Assembly: GCA_002269645.1 (NCBI GenBank)
Contig: NIVC01000571.1
Location: forward strand, 372,001 to 436,000
Source of the DNA: Macrostomum lignano
Taxonomy: Eukaryota
Reading direction: 5' to 3'
Length of the DNA: 64,000 nt
The number at the start of each line of letters is the position of its first letter. Position 1 is the stretch's first letter. A model generated the notes under the pieces. It ran no database searches. It saw only the letters and a program-made list of their open reading frames with translations, and was not told the origin of the DNA. This document shows, one piece after another, positions 35,165 to 48,100 of the stretch. A program made the position numbers and the translations under genes.

Positions 35165-36135
35165 GCCTTTAAGAGCGAAAAGAATTTGCGCGATCGATAG
35201 GCAAACCTCTTAGGAGGAAAAATTCCTTGGCCGGCTGAGAAAATTATTTCTTTGCGACCTTCACTTTTTAAGTGAGAGATTTTCTCCAGTAGGGCTACAA
35301 TAGGCTGCCGTTGTGTCTAAACCCGCAATCACTTTACTTCTCTTAAAGGCGGGCGCAGCCACCCCAGTGTCGCAGACACGCACACCGTGACTCAGCAAAC
35401 GCTGGAAACCCTTAGTTTAACAGTTCTACGCCAGCCAGCCAGCGGGACCCCCCGCTGGGGGTGGGGGGTTGGCCGGCCCTGGGGGTTGGGGGGGGGGGTG
35501 CGGAGGCACGCACTTGATTTGCGATAAGGCCCAATACTAACGCGCTCTCTGGCCCATTCAACCAAGCGCCCCGCAATCCGCAATCAGTTCTGCTGTCTCT
35601 CTCAGCTGCGCCAACCCACAAGCGGAGGGGCTGTTGTCGTTCTTCCCCGCTTTTGGGACTGGGATAATATTTATTGTCTTATATATTACGAGCATATTAA
35701 CTTGCCATAAAAATTGCCTGTGAGAAGTTTGCTCAACAAGCGAGCAATTTTGTCAGCTATATGTATTACTGTTAGTAGGCATATAAGATCAATTAAAATT
35801 TGATTCGAAACCATTATTTATAGCGAGTCCTCCTCCGATTAATTAAAACTAATTAGTGATTGATATCAATTTGTTTATTTGGATTAAAGCCTGTGAAGGC
35901 TGAGTTTAAATTTATTTAATAAACAGTATTAGACGTGCAAAAATACTAAATATGAATAATAAAGTTTTGTCTTTTGCAAATATAGCTAAAAGAGAAATTT
36001 AGCGATAAAAACGAACGTACGATAGAATTAATTAAATATGCAGGGTTAGGTTGCAGTTAATGACTAGCCAATAGGGTTCGCAAACAATTTCCCTAGACAA
36101 AGTTCTGCCCACGACCCGATAAAGCAGGAGTTCGC

Positions 36136-39100
36136 TCAGTTTACGAAACAGCTGCTCTTCAGCACCAGCTCGGGGTTGCTGGTGTGGAAGCTGGCCAGCG
36201 GCAGCGCCTCCCCGTTGATGCTGAGCGACTTCAGGCAGCCAACGTAGTTGCCGGGCAGATAGTTCAGCCTGCTGGCAATGTCTGCGGGTGGAGAGGGTCA
36301 GAGGGTGCTTCATAGTGGGTCAGGTTAGGTCAGCAGGAGTGTCAAGTGTCAAAAGAAGGTGGGTCAAAGCAGGTCAACAGCAGATGATAGCTCAATCAGC
36401 ACTGCAGCTCACCGTTGGTTGGCAGGCCGCCAAGGAAGGGCGCGCAGTCGAAGCCCTTCAGCTGCTGCGGCAGCGCGCCGATCACCGACAGCCGGTCGTC
36501 CACCCACACGCGCACCCGGCGGAAGTCCACTTCGGCTGCGGGATGGAAGGCAGGAAACTATGCAATGCCAAGCCTCACCGCATCATCCTAGCATCACCAG
36601 CGTCACCGCGTCATCCCCAGCCTCACCGCATCATCCCCAGCCTCACCGCCTCATCCAAACCTTACTGCCTAATTTCCAGGCTCACTGCCTCATCAACAGT
36701 GCCTACTCACCAACAACTGTGTGCCAGTCTCCGTCGCACAACAGGAAGGAGCTGGGCATGGCCGCGCGGACCTCGTTCAGCACGTTGCCGTCCTCCTGGA
36801 CGCTGATGACAATGTCGCCGTCCCGGAGGTGCACAGTCAGCGCTCGCTGGACATCAGACGTGCTGTCGAGCAGGCCGAGCACCGTGCCGGTGGACAGGCG
36901 CGGCTTCAGCATCAGCCTGACTCGGGTGCGGGGTTGCACGCTGACCTTGGCTGCAGGAGGAAAGGGGTAGTTGCTTGGATGCTGGAGTGATGAGAGGACT
37001 TTTGGAGATGCTGGAGAGTGATGGGGACTGTCAGAGATGCTGGAGAGTGATGGGGACTGTCAGAGATGCTGGAGAGTGATGGGAACTATCATATGCCCAT
37101 CCCTAATGCTTCTCAAACTGCCAGACTCAAATGCAGGGATACCCTGGGGCTTACAGATGCTGTAGAGGCTCCTCGCGATGTCTGAAGCCTGGAAACCGAC
37201 GCCTTCTTCGATATCCTCGCTGCAGGAGCTGGTGTTCACCTGCACGCTCGCCTTCTGCTTAATCTGCCGGCCGGCTTCGTTCAGGAAGGCGACATCCCGG
37301 ATGCAGCCGGAGAACGTTTGGAGATCCTGCGGATTGGACAACCTCCGTTCATGCTCAGATAGTCGTAGTTTACAACTAGTATTCTATTGGAATCTCACCT
37401 TAGCTACAGGGTCTCACACTGGAAGCTCACCTTGGCGATGGAGTCCCGCCTGTTAGCCAGCAAGTCGCTCGGCAGGCCGCCCAGGGTGACCCGGAAGTAA
37501 TTTGGGATGACGCTGTAGAAGCTGCTGGTGATGCTGCAGTTCATCGTCTGGTTGTCGACGCTGATGCCGCCCAGCGCGCTGCTGAACTCCAGCCGGTGCC
37601 AGCGGCCGTCGCCGAAGTCTCGGCCGCTGCGACAGTAGGACTTCTGGATATCGTTGTACACGAACAGGCGGCCGCCGTGCAGGAACAGGATCAGGTTGTC
37701 CATGAGGTTGTCGAAGTTCAGCAGCACGCCGACGCCGCTGGTTGCCCGGAAGCTGAACCGGAAGCTGGCGAAGCTACTGGACGGCTCGCCAAGGCGGGTG
37801 AAGCCCCGAGGGCTGAGCGGTACAGCACCGCGCCAGCGAAGTTGCGCCTCGCCGGCAGCCTGCCGCGGCCGCAGCCGTCCAGCACACGAACGTCGCCGCC
37901 GGTGCCGGCGCCTCCAACATGGCCGTCGGCGTCAGCTGAGCCGCAGGATTCGAACTGCACCGCCGAGCCGCCGGCGACAACTCGCAGCAGCGAGCGAAGG
38001 TGAATGAGCCTGGAGTTGGCGGCGAGCTGGATGTTGAGTGCGAGTAACTTGAGTAGGTCCCTAGTAACTCGAGTGGCTCCCTAGTAACTCGATTAGGTCC
38101 CTATAAACTCGAGTAGGTACCTAGTAACTCGAGTAGGCACCTAGTAACTCGAGTAGGTCCCTAGTAACTTAAGCAGATCCCTAGTAACTAGAGTAGATCC
38201 TTAGTAACTCGAGTAGGTCCCTAGTAACTCGAGTAGGTCCCTAGTAACTCGAGTAACTCCCTAGTAACTAATTGCAGCGAATTCAATCCGAGCTCACGTG
38301 TCGCCAACCACCAGGTCCTTCACGCAGCCCTGGAAGCCTCCGCCCAGCTGCAGGCTCTGCAGGTTGATGTTCCGGCTGATCATGCGGTTCCGCCGGATGC
38401 CGTTCAGCTCCAGGCTGACCCTGGGGGCGAATTTTTCAGAATATTAGATTCGGAAAGAAACAAAATTCTGGGCTGGCACCAGCCTACTCGTAGTAATAGC
38501 AGCAGTTTTTTTAAATTCAGACTTACTCGCCCGGGCTGAACCGGAAGATAAGATTGTAAAACTTGGACTCGCTCATGCCGATGAACTGGCTGAGGACGTC
38601 CTGCACCACCTTGTCGTTGTTGATGTACTCTTGGCCGAGGGACAGGATGCCGTTGTGGAAGAACACCGTCAGGTTCTTGCGCTGGGAGTCTGCGGAGTGG
38701 GTTGGCTGGCCAGCTTTGGAACTGTGCGGTCTATTTATGATGCAAGACAAGCCATCTGGGGTGATCGAGTGAAAAGTACACCAAGCATCACAAGGCGGAT
38801 GCTGCATGTAGGGTCAGGGCTAGATGCTAGGGGCGGATGCTAGGGGCGGATGCTAGGGGCGGATGCTAGGGGCGGATGCTAGGGGCGGATGCTAGGGGCG
38901 GATGCTAGGGGCGGATGCTAGGGCCGGATGCTAGGGCGGATGCTAGGGGCGGATGCTAGGGCCGGATGTTGCATGAAGAGGCAGATGTTAAGAGCAGATG
39001 CTAGGGGCGGATGCTAGGGGCGGATGCTAGGGGCGGATGCTAGGGGCAGATGCTAGGGGCGGATGCTAGGGGCGGATGCTAGGGGCGGATGCTAGGGACG

Positions 39101-42100
39101 GATGCTAGGGGCGGATGCTAGGGGCGGATGCTAGGGGCGGATGCTAGGGGCGGATGCTAGGGGCGGATGCTAGGGGCGGATGCTAGGGGCGGATGCTAGG
39201 GGCGGATGCTAGGGGCGGATGCTAGGGGCGGATGCTAGGGGCGGATGCTAGGGGCGGATGCTAGGGGCGGATGCTAGGGGCGGATGCTAGGGGCGGATGC
39301 TAGGGGCGGATGCTAGGGGCGGATGCTAGGGCGGATGCTAGGGGCGGATGCTAGGGCCGGATGTTGCATGAAGAGGCAGATGTTAAGAGCAGATGCTAGG
39401 GGCGGATGCTAGGGGCGGATGCTAGGGGCGGATGCTAGGGGCGGATGCTAGGGGCGGATGCTAGGGGCGGATGCTAGGGGCGGATGCTAGGGGCGGATGC
39501 TAGGGGGCGGATCTCACCATCCCGCAGCTTCATGATGACGCCCTCGAGCCGGCGCACGAGAACTCCGGCGGACACTTCAACGGCGTCGCCCGAGCTGCTC
39601 AGGCTGCCCGGCCCCAGCGGCAGCTCCAGCAGCGAGTCGCCGCCCACCTTGACGAACCGGGAAAGCTGCGGGATTGAAATGTTATTTTAGCTTTCTAAGA
39701 AACCTGATTGGGAGCAGCGGATGGGCGAGCAGAGCATAGACCAGCGGCCTCACCAGGCTGTCCCGGCTGGAGTTGACGGCCCGGCTGGAGTTGCCGAAGA
39801 ACCGGATGTCCAGCGACTCGTTGCCGTTGAAGGCCAGGCCGGCGATGGTGCCGATGAAGCGCGGCCTGAAGCTGCTGAAATGCGGCAGATTTGTTTTGCT
39901 GCGATCCCAACTTGCCTACTGAGGTCAGTAGCGACAGGCGGCCCGCAGCCAAGCACATTCCTCTGAGCCCTGAGCAGCGGAATCGAACCCGGGGATTCCA
40001 CACCCCATATCTGCGTCTCGTCCCAATATAATAGTAATAATAATGAGAATAATAATTCAAAAATTGATTGCACCTGCCCTAATGGGCAGATGTGCAGCCG
40101 ACAGCTCAGCCGCAGCAATTGCGCGGTGCAGCTGAAGGCTGCGTACGGCTGTTCAGTCCAAGGACTGGGGGGTCGCCACACATACCCTCAGTTACCCCAG
40201 CTAATGCTGGCACCCATTTTACAGCTGGGTGAACTGAAGAAATGCAGAATTAAGTGTCTTGCTCAAGGATACAAATAGTTCCAGTGGGATCGGGAATCGA
40301 ACCCCCGACCTTCAAATCGGGAGTCCGACGCTTTAACTACTTGGCTACAGCCCCAATACAGAAAATCATAAATTTCCAAACCTGGCATCCTCGGGCTCCG
40401 GCGCCAGTATAAACTCGTTATAGAAGGTCGTGGGCTCGAATTCTTGCTCCTCCTGAGTCTGGCCATCGACAGACAGGCGCAGCTTCCGGTTCTTCATCTC
40501 GAGCAAAACGCTTCGCTCGCTGCCATCGTCGATTCGATCGCGAGAGCTCAGCCGGATGACGTTGCGAGTTTCGCCGGTCGAGCTCGGCGTGGTTACCATG
40601 ACAACCAGTCGGCCGGACTCTGTCCGCAGCTCGATGAGGCCGTGGCTGCCGCGAGCGGAGGCGGCACCGGGGCGGAGCAGCGCCGAGTCGGGCGAGTGCG
40701 TGGCCAGCGCGAGTTCGAGCCGCTCGTCGGACAGAAACTTGACGGCAGAGCTGCCGAAGGCTTCGCTGATGGTGGCCCAGGTGTCTCCGTCCAGGTAGTA
40801 GCGGGCGGCCTGGCCAGGAATCGGACTGCAAGCGGCGTGGGAGAACTTGGGATTGGGATCTTGAGCTGGTTGGGATCTTGAGCTGGTTGGGATCTTGAGC
40901 TGGTTGGGATCTTGAGCTGGTTGGGATCTTGAGCTGGTTGGGATCTTGAGCTGGTTGGGATCTTGAGCTGGTTGGGATCTTGAGCTGGTTGGGATCTTGA
41001 GCTGGTTGGGATCTTGAGCTGGTTGGGATCTTGAGCTGGTTGGGATCTTGAGCTGGTTGGGATCTTGAGCTGGTTGGGATCTTGAGCTGGTTGGGATCTT
41101 GAGCTGGTTGGGATCTTGAGCTGGTTGGGATCTTGAGCTGGTTGGGATCTTGAGCTGGTTGGGATCTTGAGCTGGTTGGGATCTTGAGCTGGTTGGGATC
41201 TTGAGCTGGTTGGGATCTTGAGCTGGTTGGGATCTTGAGCTGGTTGGGATCTTGAGCTGGTTGGGATCTTGAGCTGGTTGGGATCTTGAGCTGGTTGGGA
41301 TCTTGAGCTGGTTGGGATCTTGAGCTGGTTGGGATCTTGAGCTGGTTGGGATCTTGAGCTGGTTGGATCTTGAGCTGGTTGGGATCTTGAGCTGGTTGGG
41401 ATCTTGAGCTAGTTAAATTTGCGAAAATACGAAAATATGAAAGCAAAATTTGGCAGCAACTTGAAGCAACTCACCCTGCAACCTGATGCAGCTTCACCCC
41501 AGTCCTGGCGGTGAACTGCCACAAGTTCAGCGGCTCGCCGTTCAGCGAAGCCTTCAAAATGATGCCGGCGAATCCGCTCCACTGCTGCAGCTGCTCGGCT
41601 GGGAACTGGAAGGAGAGATGCTTGAGCTGGTTAGCTGCCAGCTGGATCAGCCCTTTGGATTTTGGGAATGGGATGTGTGCGGTGGGCGGTGGCTTCCCCA
41701 CCCGTGACTGGGATTGGGATGTGTGCGGTGGCTTCTCCACCCGTGACTGGGGTGTGTGCGGTGACTTCCCCACCGGTGACTGGGGTGTGTGCGGTGGCTT
41801 CTCCACCCGTGACTGGGATGTGTGCGGTGGCTTCTCCACCCGTGACTGGGGTGTGTGCGGTGACTTCCCCACCGGTGACTGGGGTGTGTGCGGTGGCTTC
41901 TCCAACCGTGACTGGGCCGGATGTGTGCGGTGGCTTCTCCACCCGTGACTGGGGTGGATTCATTCCTGAAAGCCCTGGGTTCGACTCCCGGTAGGTGAAG
42001 CACTGTGAGTTGCTACATGCCTGTCCAACAATGAGATTCGAACTCGCGATGAGCCCAGGACCTCAGCTGTGGACAGACCCCGAAGTTCTATTCAACTATC

Positions 42101-45100
42101 AGTGCAGAAGCTTTCCCACACACTATGAGAGATTCGCCTGAATTTTTTCGCTTGCTACTCTTCAGTAGGCGGTCTCTCCTGTCCCCTCCCTGTCGCTGGC
42201 ACCCCAGCGGCACCCCAGCGGCACCCCAGCGGCACCCCAGCGGCACCCCAGCGGCACCCAGCGGCACCCCAGCGGCACCCCAGCGGCACCCCAGCGGCAC
42301 CCCAGCGGCACCCCAGCGGCACCCCAGCGGCACCCCAGCGGCACCCCAGCGGCACCCCAGCGGCACCCCAGCGGCACCCCAGCGGCACCCCAGCGGCACC
42401 CCAGCGGCACCCCAGCGGCACCCCAGCGGCACCCCAGCGGCACCCCAGCGGCACCCCAGCGGCACCCCAGCGGCTCACCAGTGCAGCGAGGTTGGGCGGC
42501 AGGCCGCCCAGGTGCAGGCTGGTGGAGAAGGGACTCAGCTCCGGGAACTGCTCGGCGTTCGGCAGCCCAAAGCGGCCGCTGTGGTAGCGGCCGGTGGCCG
42601 AGTCCCGGACAGACACGGCCAGGGTGCGGCGGTAGCGCCGGACGGTGGCCGAGTAGGCGACACCCGGCCGCAGGCGGAGGCTTTGGAGCGTCTGCAGGCT
42701 GGCGTTGCTGCCGGCGAAGGCCAGGCGGCCGTCGAGCACGTGGACGGAGCTGAAGTAGCCGACTTTGCCCTGCAGAGGTTCGCGGAGACGGACGGAGCTG
42801 GTGGGCTGGTCGGTGGCGAGGTTCGGGTTGGCCTTTGAAAGCTGGGAAGCTAGTCTAATCGGGATGATGAAGCTATGGGATGAATGTAAAAATGACAAAA
42901 AAGCGTGAATTAAGTGAATTAGGAAACTGAGTGAGCTGGTGCAGATGGGGAGCTGAGAGACCTGATGAAGCTTGTAAGGCTGGTGAAGCTGAATTAGCAG
43001 AAGTGGATGAAACAAAGGATGTTGATGAAGCTGATGAAGCTGATGAGGCTGATGAGGCTGATGAAGTTGATGAAGGCTGATGAGGCTGACGAAGCTGATG
43101 AAGCTGATGAGGCTGATGAGGCTGATGAGGCTGATGAAGCTTATGAGAAGCTTATGAGGCTGATGAAGCTGATGAGGCTGATGAAACTGGTGAAGCTGAT
43201 GATGCTGATGAAGCTAAGAAAGCTGATAACTCTAACGAAGCCTAACAAGTTACTGATGAGGAAGCTGAGGGAGGCTTGGCAGCAAGATTTCGCACCGCTC
43301 TCACGTCGGCCAGGACTGCCAGAACGCCGCTCTGCTCAGCCGGGATGAAGCTGATCTTGAGCTGGTTCAGCGTTGCCAGGTCGGCCACATCCTCAACCGG
43401 CAGCGTCAGGGAGTCGTTCCGGCCGAACTGCCTCACGTACTCGAGCTGCGGGCGGTGCGAGGGCGGATGCTGTGAGAAGACCGCGCAGATCTCTGAGTTG
43501 CTATGGGTGTGCTCAGAGGCTCAGGAGACTCACCGAGTTGACCCGGTCAGCCAGGGACCGCAGGCTCAGCCGGGTGCTGTTGATCTGCCGGCGCAGCTCG
43601 TCAAGCCGCTGCCGCAGGCCGCGCAGCTGGTCGGTCAGGCTGGGCGGCCCGGCGCTCGAGTTGCCCGACGGCCGCAGGGCGCGCCGCATCGCCTTGAGGT
43701 TGTCGCGGAGCTCCAGCACTGCGGACAGTGTCAATGGACTGATATGGATTCATAGCATTGATGGATTGATAGCATTGATGGGTTGATAGCCTTGATGGAT
43801 TGATAGCCTTGATGGATTGATAGCATTGATGGATTGATAGCATTGATGGATTGATAGCATTGATGGGTTGATAGCATTGATGGGTTGATAGCATTGATGG
43901 GTTGATAGCATTGATGGATTGATAGCATTGATGGCATTGCCAACTCTGCTACGTTGTCGCCAGTGAGTTCAACCAGGCGAGCCCAGCCCCAATCTGAGCA
44001 CTGCTCAGGCCACTCAGCCCCAACCTGAGCACTGCTCAGGCCACTCAGCCCCAACCTGAGCAATGCTTAGGCCACTCAGCCCCAACCTGAGCACTGCTCA
44101 GGCCACTCAGCCCCAACCTGAGCACTGCTCAGGCCACTCAGTCCCAATCTGAGCACTGCTCAGGCCACTCAGTCCCAACCTGAGCACTGCTCAGGCTACT
44201 CAGCCCCAACCTGAGCACTGCTCAGGCCACTCAGCCCCAACCTGAGCACTGCTCAGGCCACTCAGTCCCAACCTGAGCACTGCTCAGGCCACTCAGTCCC
44301 AACCTGAGCACTGCTCAGGCCACTCAGTCCCAACCTGAGCACTGCTCAGGCCACTCAGTCCCAACCTGAGCACTGCTCAGGCTACTCACGCTTGTCATCG
44401 TTGAGCCGCAGGTCGGTGCTCGCCTTCGCCTTTCTCCTCTTGATGGCCTCGGAGTCGGCCCGGATCTCCTCCCTGCTGGCCTCCAGGCCCACCAGCTTGG
44501 CCCGGATGTCCTCCTGCCTCGCTCGGCTGGAGTTCGCCTGCTGCAGCTCCGACAACCGGACCTGCGCTGCAGTAGGGGGGGGGTGAGTTTGCCAGTTGCT
44601 ACTTGCAGTAGAAGGCAAAATACCTTGCATTGTTCTGTGAAAGAGATGCGTCCACTACAGAAATAAGGTTCTCAGGAGTGAGTTCACTCGGGTTCTCAGG
44701 AGTGATTTCACTCAGGTTCTCAGGAGTGATATCAGTCAGGCCTCAGGAGTGATCTCACTCTGGTTCTCAGGAGTGATCTCACTCAGGTCTCAAGAGTGAA
44801 CTCACTCAGGTCTCAGAAGTGATCTCACTCCCAGCCGCACCCACTCACCCGAGTCCGCAGTCTCCCCGAGCTCCGTCACCATCGCGTCGGCTTCGGTAGA
44901 AAATTTCGGCTGTCGGAACTGCAGCGCCCGGGAGTTGAGCTCGTTGATCTGGAGGCTCTTCTCCCGCACCTTGTCGGCCACGGCTGCGGGGGGTCGGATG
45001 CGGGAGGGGGCGGGACTGCGTCTGCTACTGAGGCAAGTAGCGATTTGCGGGACACTGGGTTTGAAATTTTTTATGTCCCCCTGCACCTGCAACTCACCCT

Positions 45101-48100
45101 GCACCTGCATCTCACCCTGCACCTGCAACTCACCCTGCACCTGCAACTCACCTTGCACCTGCAACTCACCCTGCACCTGCAACTCACTCTGCACCTGCAA
45201 CTCACCCTGCACCTGCAACTCACCCTGCGCCTGCAACTCACCCTGCACCTGCAACTCACCCTGCACCTGCAACTCACTCTGCACCTGCAACTCACCCTGC
45301 ACCTGCAACTCACCCTGCGCCTGCAACTCACCCTGCACCTGCAACTCACCCTGCAGCTGCAACTCACCCTGCACCTGCAACTCACCCTGCACCTGCAACT
45401 CACCCTGCACCTGCAACTCACCCTGCACCTGCAACTCACCCTGCACCTGCAACTCACCCTGCACCTGCAACTCACCCTGCACCTGCTTCTCCGCCACCCG
45501 GGCCCAGTCGGAGTTGTTGATGGCGTCCAGCCGGAGGCGGGTGGAGTTGTCGATCTCCAGCAGCGCCGCCCGGGCCATGTTCGCCAGGAAGGTCGCCCGC
45601 TCGGCGGTCTTCTTCGAGGCCACCGCCATGCTGCCGCTGGTCTGCAGCAGCGGGTAGCCGGGGGCTGACAGCAGCGGCTGGAGCACGACCTTCGCGAAGA
45701 CGTCGACGTTCTGCATGTCCTGCACCTTGGCCTCCACGGCCCGCCGCGCCTCCTCCAGGTTCATCGCGGCCGCCGCCTCGCGCCGGGAGCGCCGGAGCGC
45801 CAGCTGGACGCCGACGATGGCGGAGCTTCTGGACAGGTCGCGGAGCTCGCCGTGCGCCTTGTACACACGGGCCCGGAGACCGTCCAGCTCGGTGGACTCC
45901 GACAGGTTCGTCAGCCACTGTGGGGTTGGGTGAACTTCTCTGAGATCCCAGCTCAACCTCAATGAGATCCCAGCTTAACCCCAATGAGATCCCAGCTCAA
46001 CCTCAATAAGATCCCAGCTCAACCCAATGAGATCCCAGCTCAACCTCAATGAGATCCCAGCTCAACCTCGATGAGATCCCAGCTCAACCCCAATGAGATC
46101 CCACCCAGCTCAACCTCAATGAGATCCCAGCTCAACCCCAATGAGATCCCACCCAGCTCAACCTCAATGAGATCCCAGCTCAACCCCAATGAGATCCCAG
46201 CTCAACCCCAATGAGATCCCAGCTCTATCTCAATGAGATCCCAGCTCAATCAACCCCAATGAGATCCCAGCTCAACCTCAATGAGATCCCAGCTCAACCT
46301 CTCTGAGATCCCAGGTCAACCTCATTGAGATCCCAGCTCAACCTCTCTGAGATTCCAGCTCAACCTCATTGAGATCCCAGCTCAACCTCTCTGAGATCCC
46401 AGCTCAACCCCAATGAGATCCCACCCAGCTCAACCTCAATGAGATCCCAGCTCAACCCTAATGAGATCCTAGCTCAAGCTCAATGAGATCCCAGCTCAAT
46501 CAACCCCAATGAGATCCCAGCTCAACCTCATTGAGATCCTAGCTCAACCTCTCTGAGATCCCAGCTCAACCTCATTGAGATCCCAGCTCAACCTCTCTGA
46601 GATCCCAGCTCAACCCTAATGCGATCCCAGCTCAACCACTCTGAGATCCCAGCTCAACCCTAATGAGATCCCAGCTCAACCTCTCTGAGATCCCAGCTCA
46701 ACCCTAATGAGATCCCATCTCAACCTCTCTGAGATCCCAGATCAGCACCACTAACATCCCTGCTCACCTCCAAGGACGCATTCAACCGGTCGTTGGCGTC
46801 GCCAGCGTTGGCCTGAAGGCGCCGGACCTCCGCCGCGTCACCTTCGGCCGCGGTGCTCAGCGCAGTGATCTCGGTGCCCAGCTGAAGCAGCCGGACATCA
46901 GCGGCGCCGGCGCCGTCCATCGCAGCTCCAGTGAGGTTGAGCGCGGCCATCAGGTAGGATGAGGCGTAGGAGATCCCCAGAGACTGGGAGCCGGCCTCGG
47001 CTGCGCCCGCACTGATCCGGGCCTGCACCTCGGCCAGCCGACTTTTCACTGATGGGTTGGGTGGGGGTTACGGGATCTGTCAGACTCAGGCTCAAAGCTT
47101 ATGGAGCATTCAACTTCGCAATACGTACTGGCCTGCTCCTGCGACAGGGTGCTGTTGTGCCGGTCCTTCACCGGGATCAGCACCCGGTTCTTCCGGGTCC
47201 AGAAGTCCTCGGTTTTTTTCGCCAGCAGCTGAGTGGCCTCCAAATAGTCCGGCTGGCTGACAAAGGCATCGCCGCGAGACTTGCTGGCCTCCAGCTGGCG
47301 GAGGAAGTCTGCGGGATGGGGGCGGTTGGTTGGCTTAGGTTAGTGGGCATGGGCAGGGGTTTGCTGGGTAGGGGTGTGTGGGGCAGGAATGTGTGGGGCA
47401 GGGGTGTGTGGGGCAGGAATGTGTGGGGCAGGAATGTGTGGGGCAGGGGTGTGTGGGGCAGGAATGTGTGGGGCAGGAATGTGTGGGGCAGGGGTTTGTG
47501 GGGCAAGGGTTTGTGGGGCAGGGGTTTGTGGGGCAGGGGTGTGTGGGGCAGGGGTGTGTGGGGCAGGGGTGTGTGGGGCAGGGGTTTGTGGGGTAGGGGA
47601 TTGTGGGCCAGGGGTGTGTGGGGCAAGGGTTTATTATTTTTTTATTAGAGGCAGGGGGTTGTGTGCACCCTGGCGCACTTTAAGCGACATAGGCACACAA
47701 CCGGCGAGAGGCATTACTGCCCATTCCGCCGACTCCCCTGAGCAGGCATACAAGCGCGCGGATACGTACGCAGGCACACACTCACACAGGAGTGTACAGC
47801 GGCCCTAACTTTATTTTATCGTTAGGCATGTACACTTCACTGCGCCTTGGGGGGTTGGCTCTCAAGGCCGTTAATTGCACTAGCAGAGCCAAGCCGAGAT
47901 TCTAATTTAGCCCTAAATTAATGTGACTGCACTTGGAATCGAGCCTGGGTCGCTGGCAGACCAGAGCCTGCGCTAGACCGCTGGGCTACGGCCTCCCTGG
48001 GGCAAGTGTTTGTGGGGCAGGGGTGTGTGGGGCAAGGGGTTTGTGGGGCAGGGGATTGTGGGGCAGGGGATTGTGGGGCAGGGGATTGTGGCGCAGGGGT

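Noticed and set aside
36200-36220. Apparent frameshift in the last laminin exon
   Set aside because: Recounting shows four G (AAC GGG GAG), so the frame is intact to [10 protein letters not shown]-stop.
42000-42140. Possible extra laminin exon after TTCAG at about 42139
   Set aside because: Stop codon in the required phase, and the flanking exons already join in phase.
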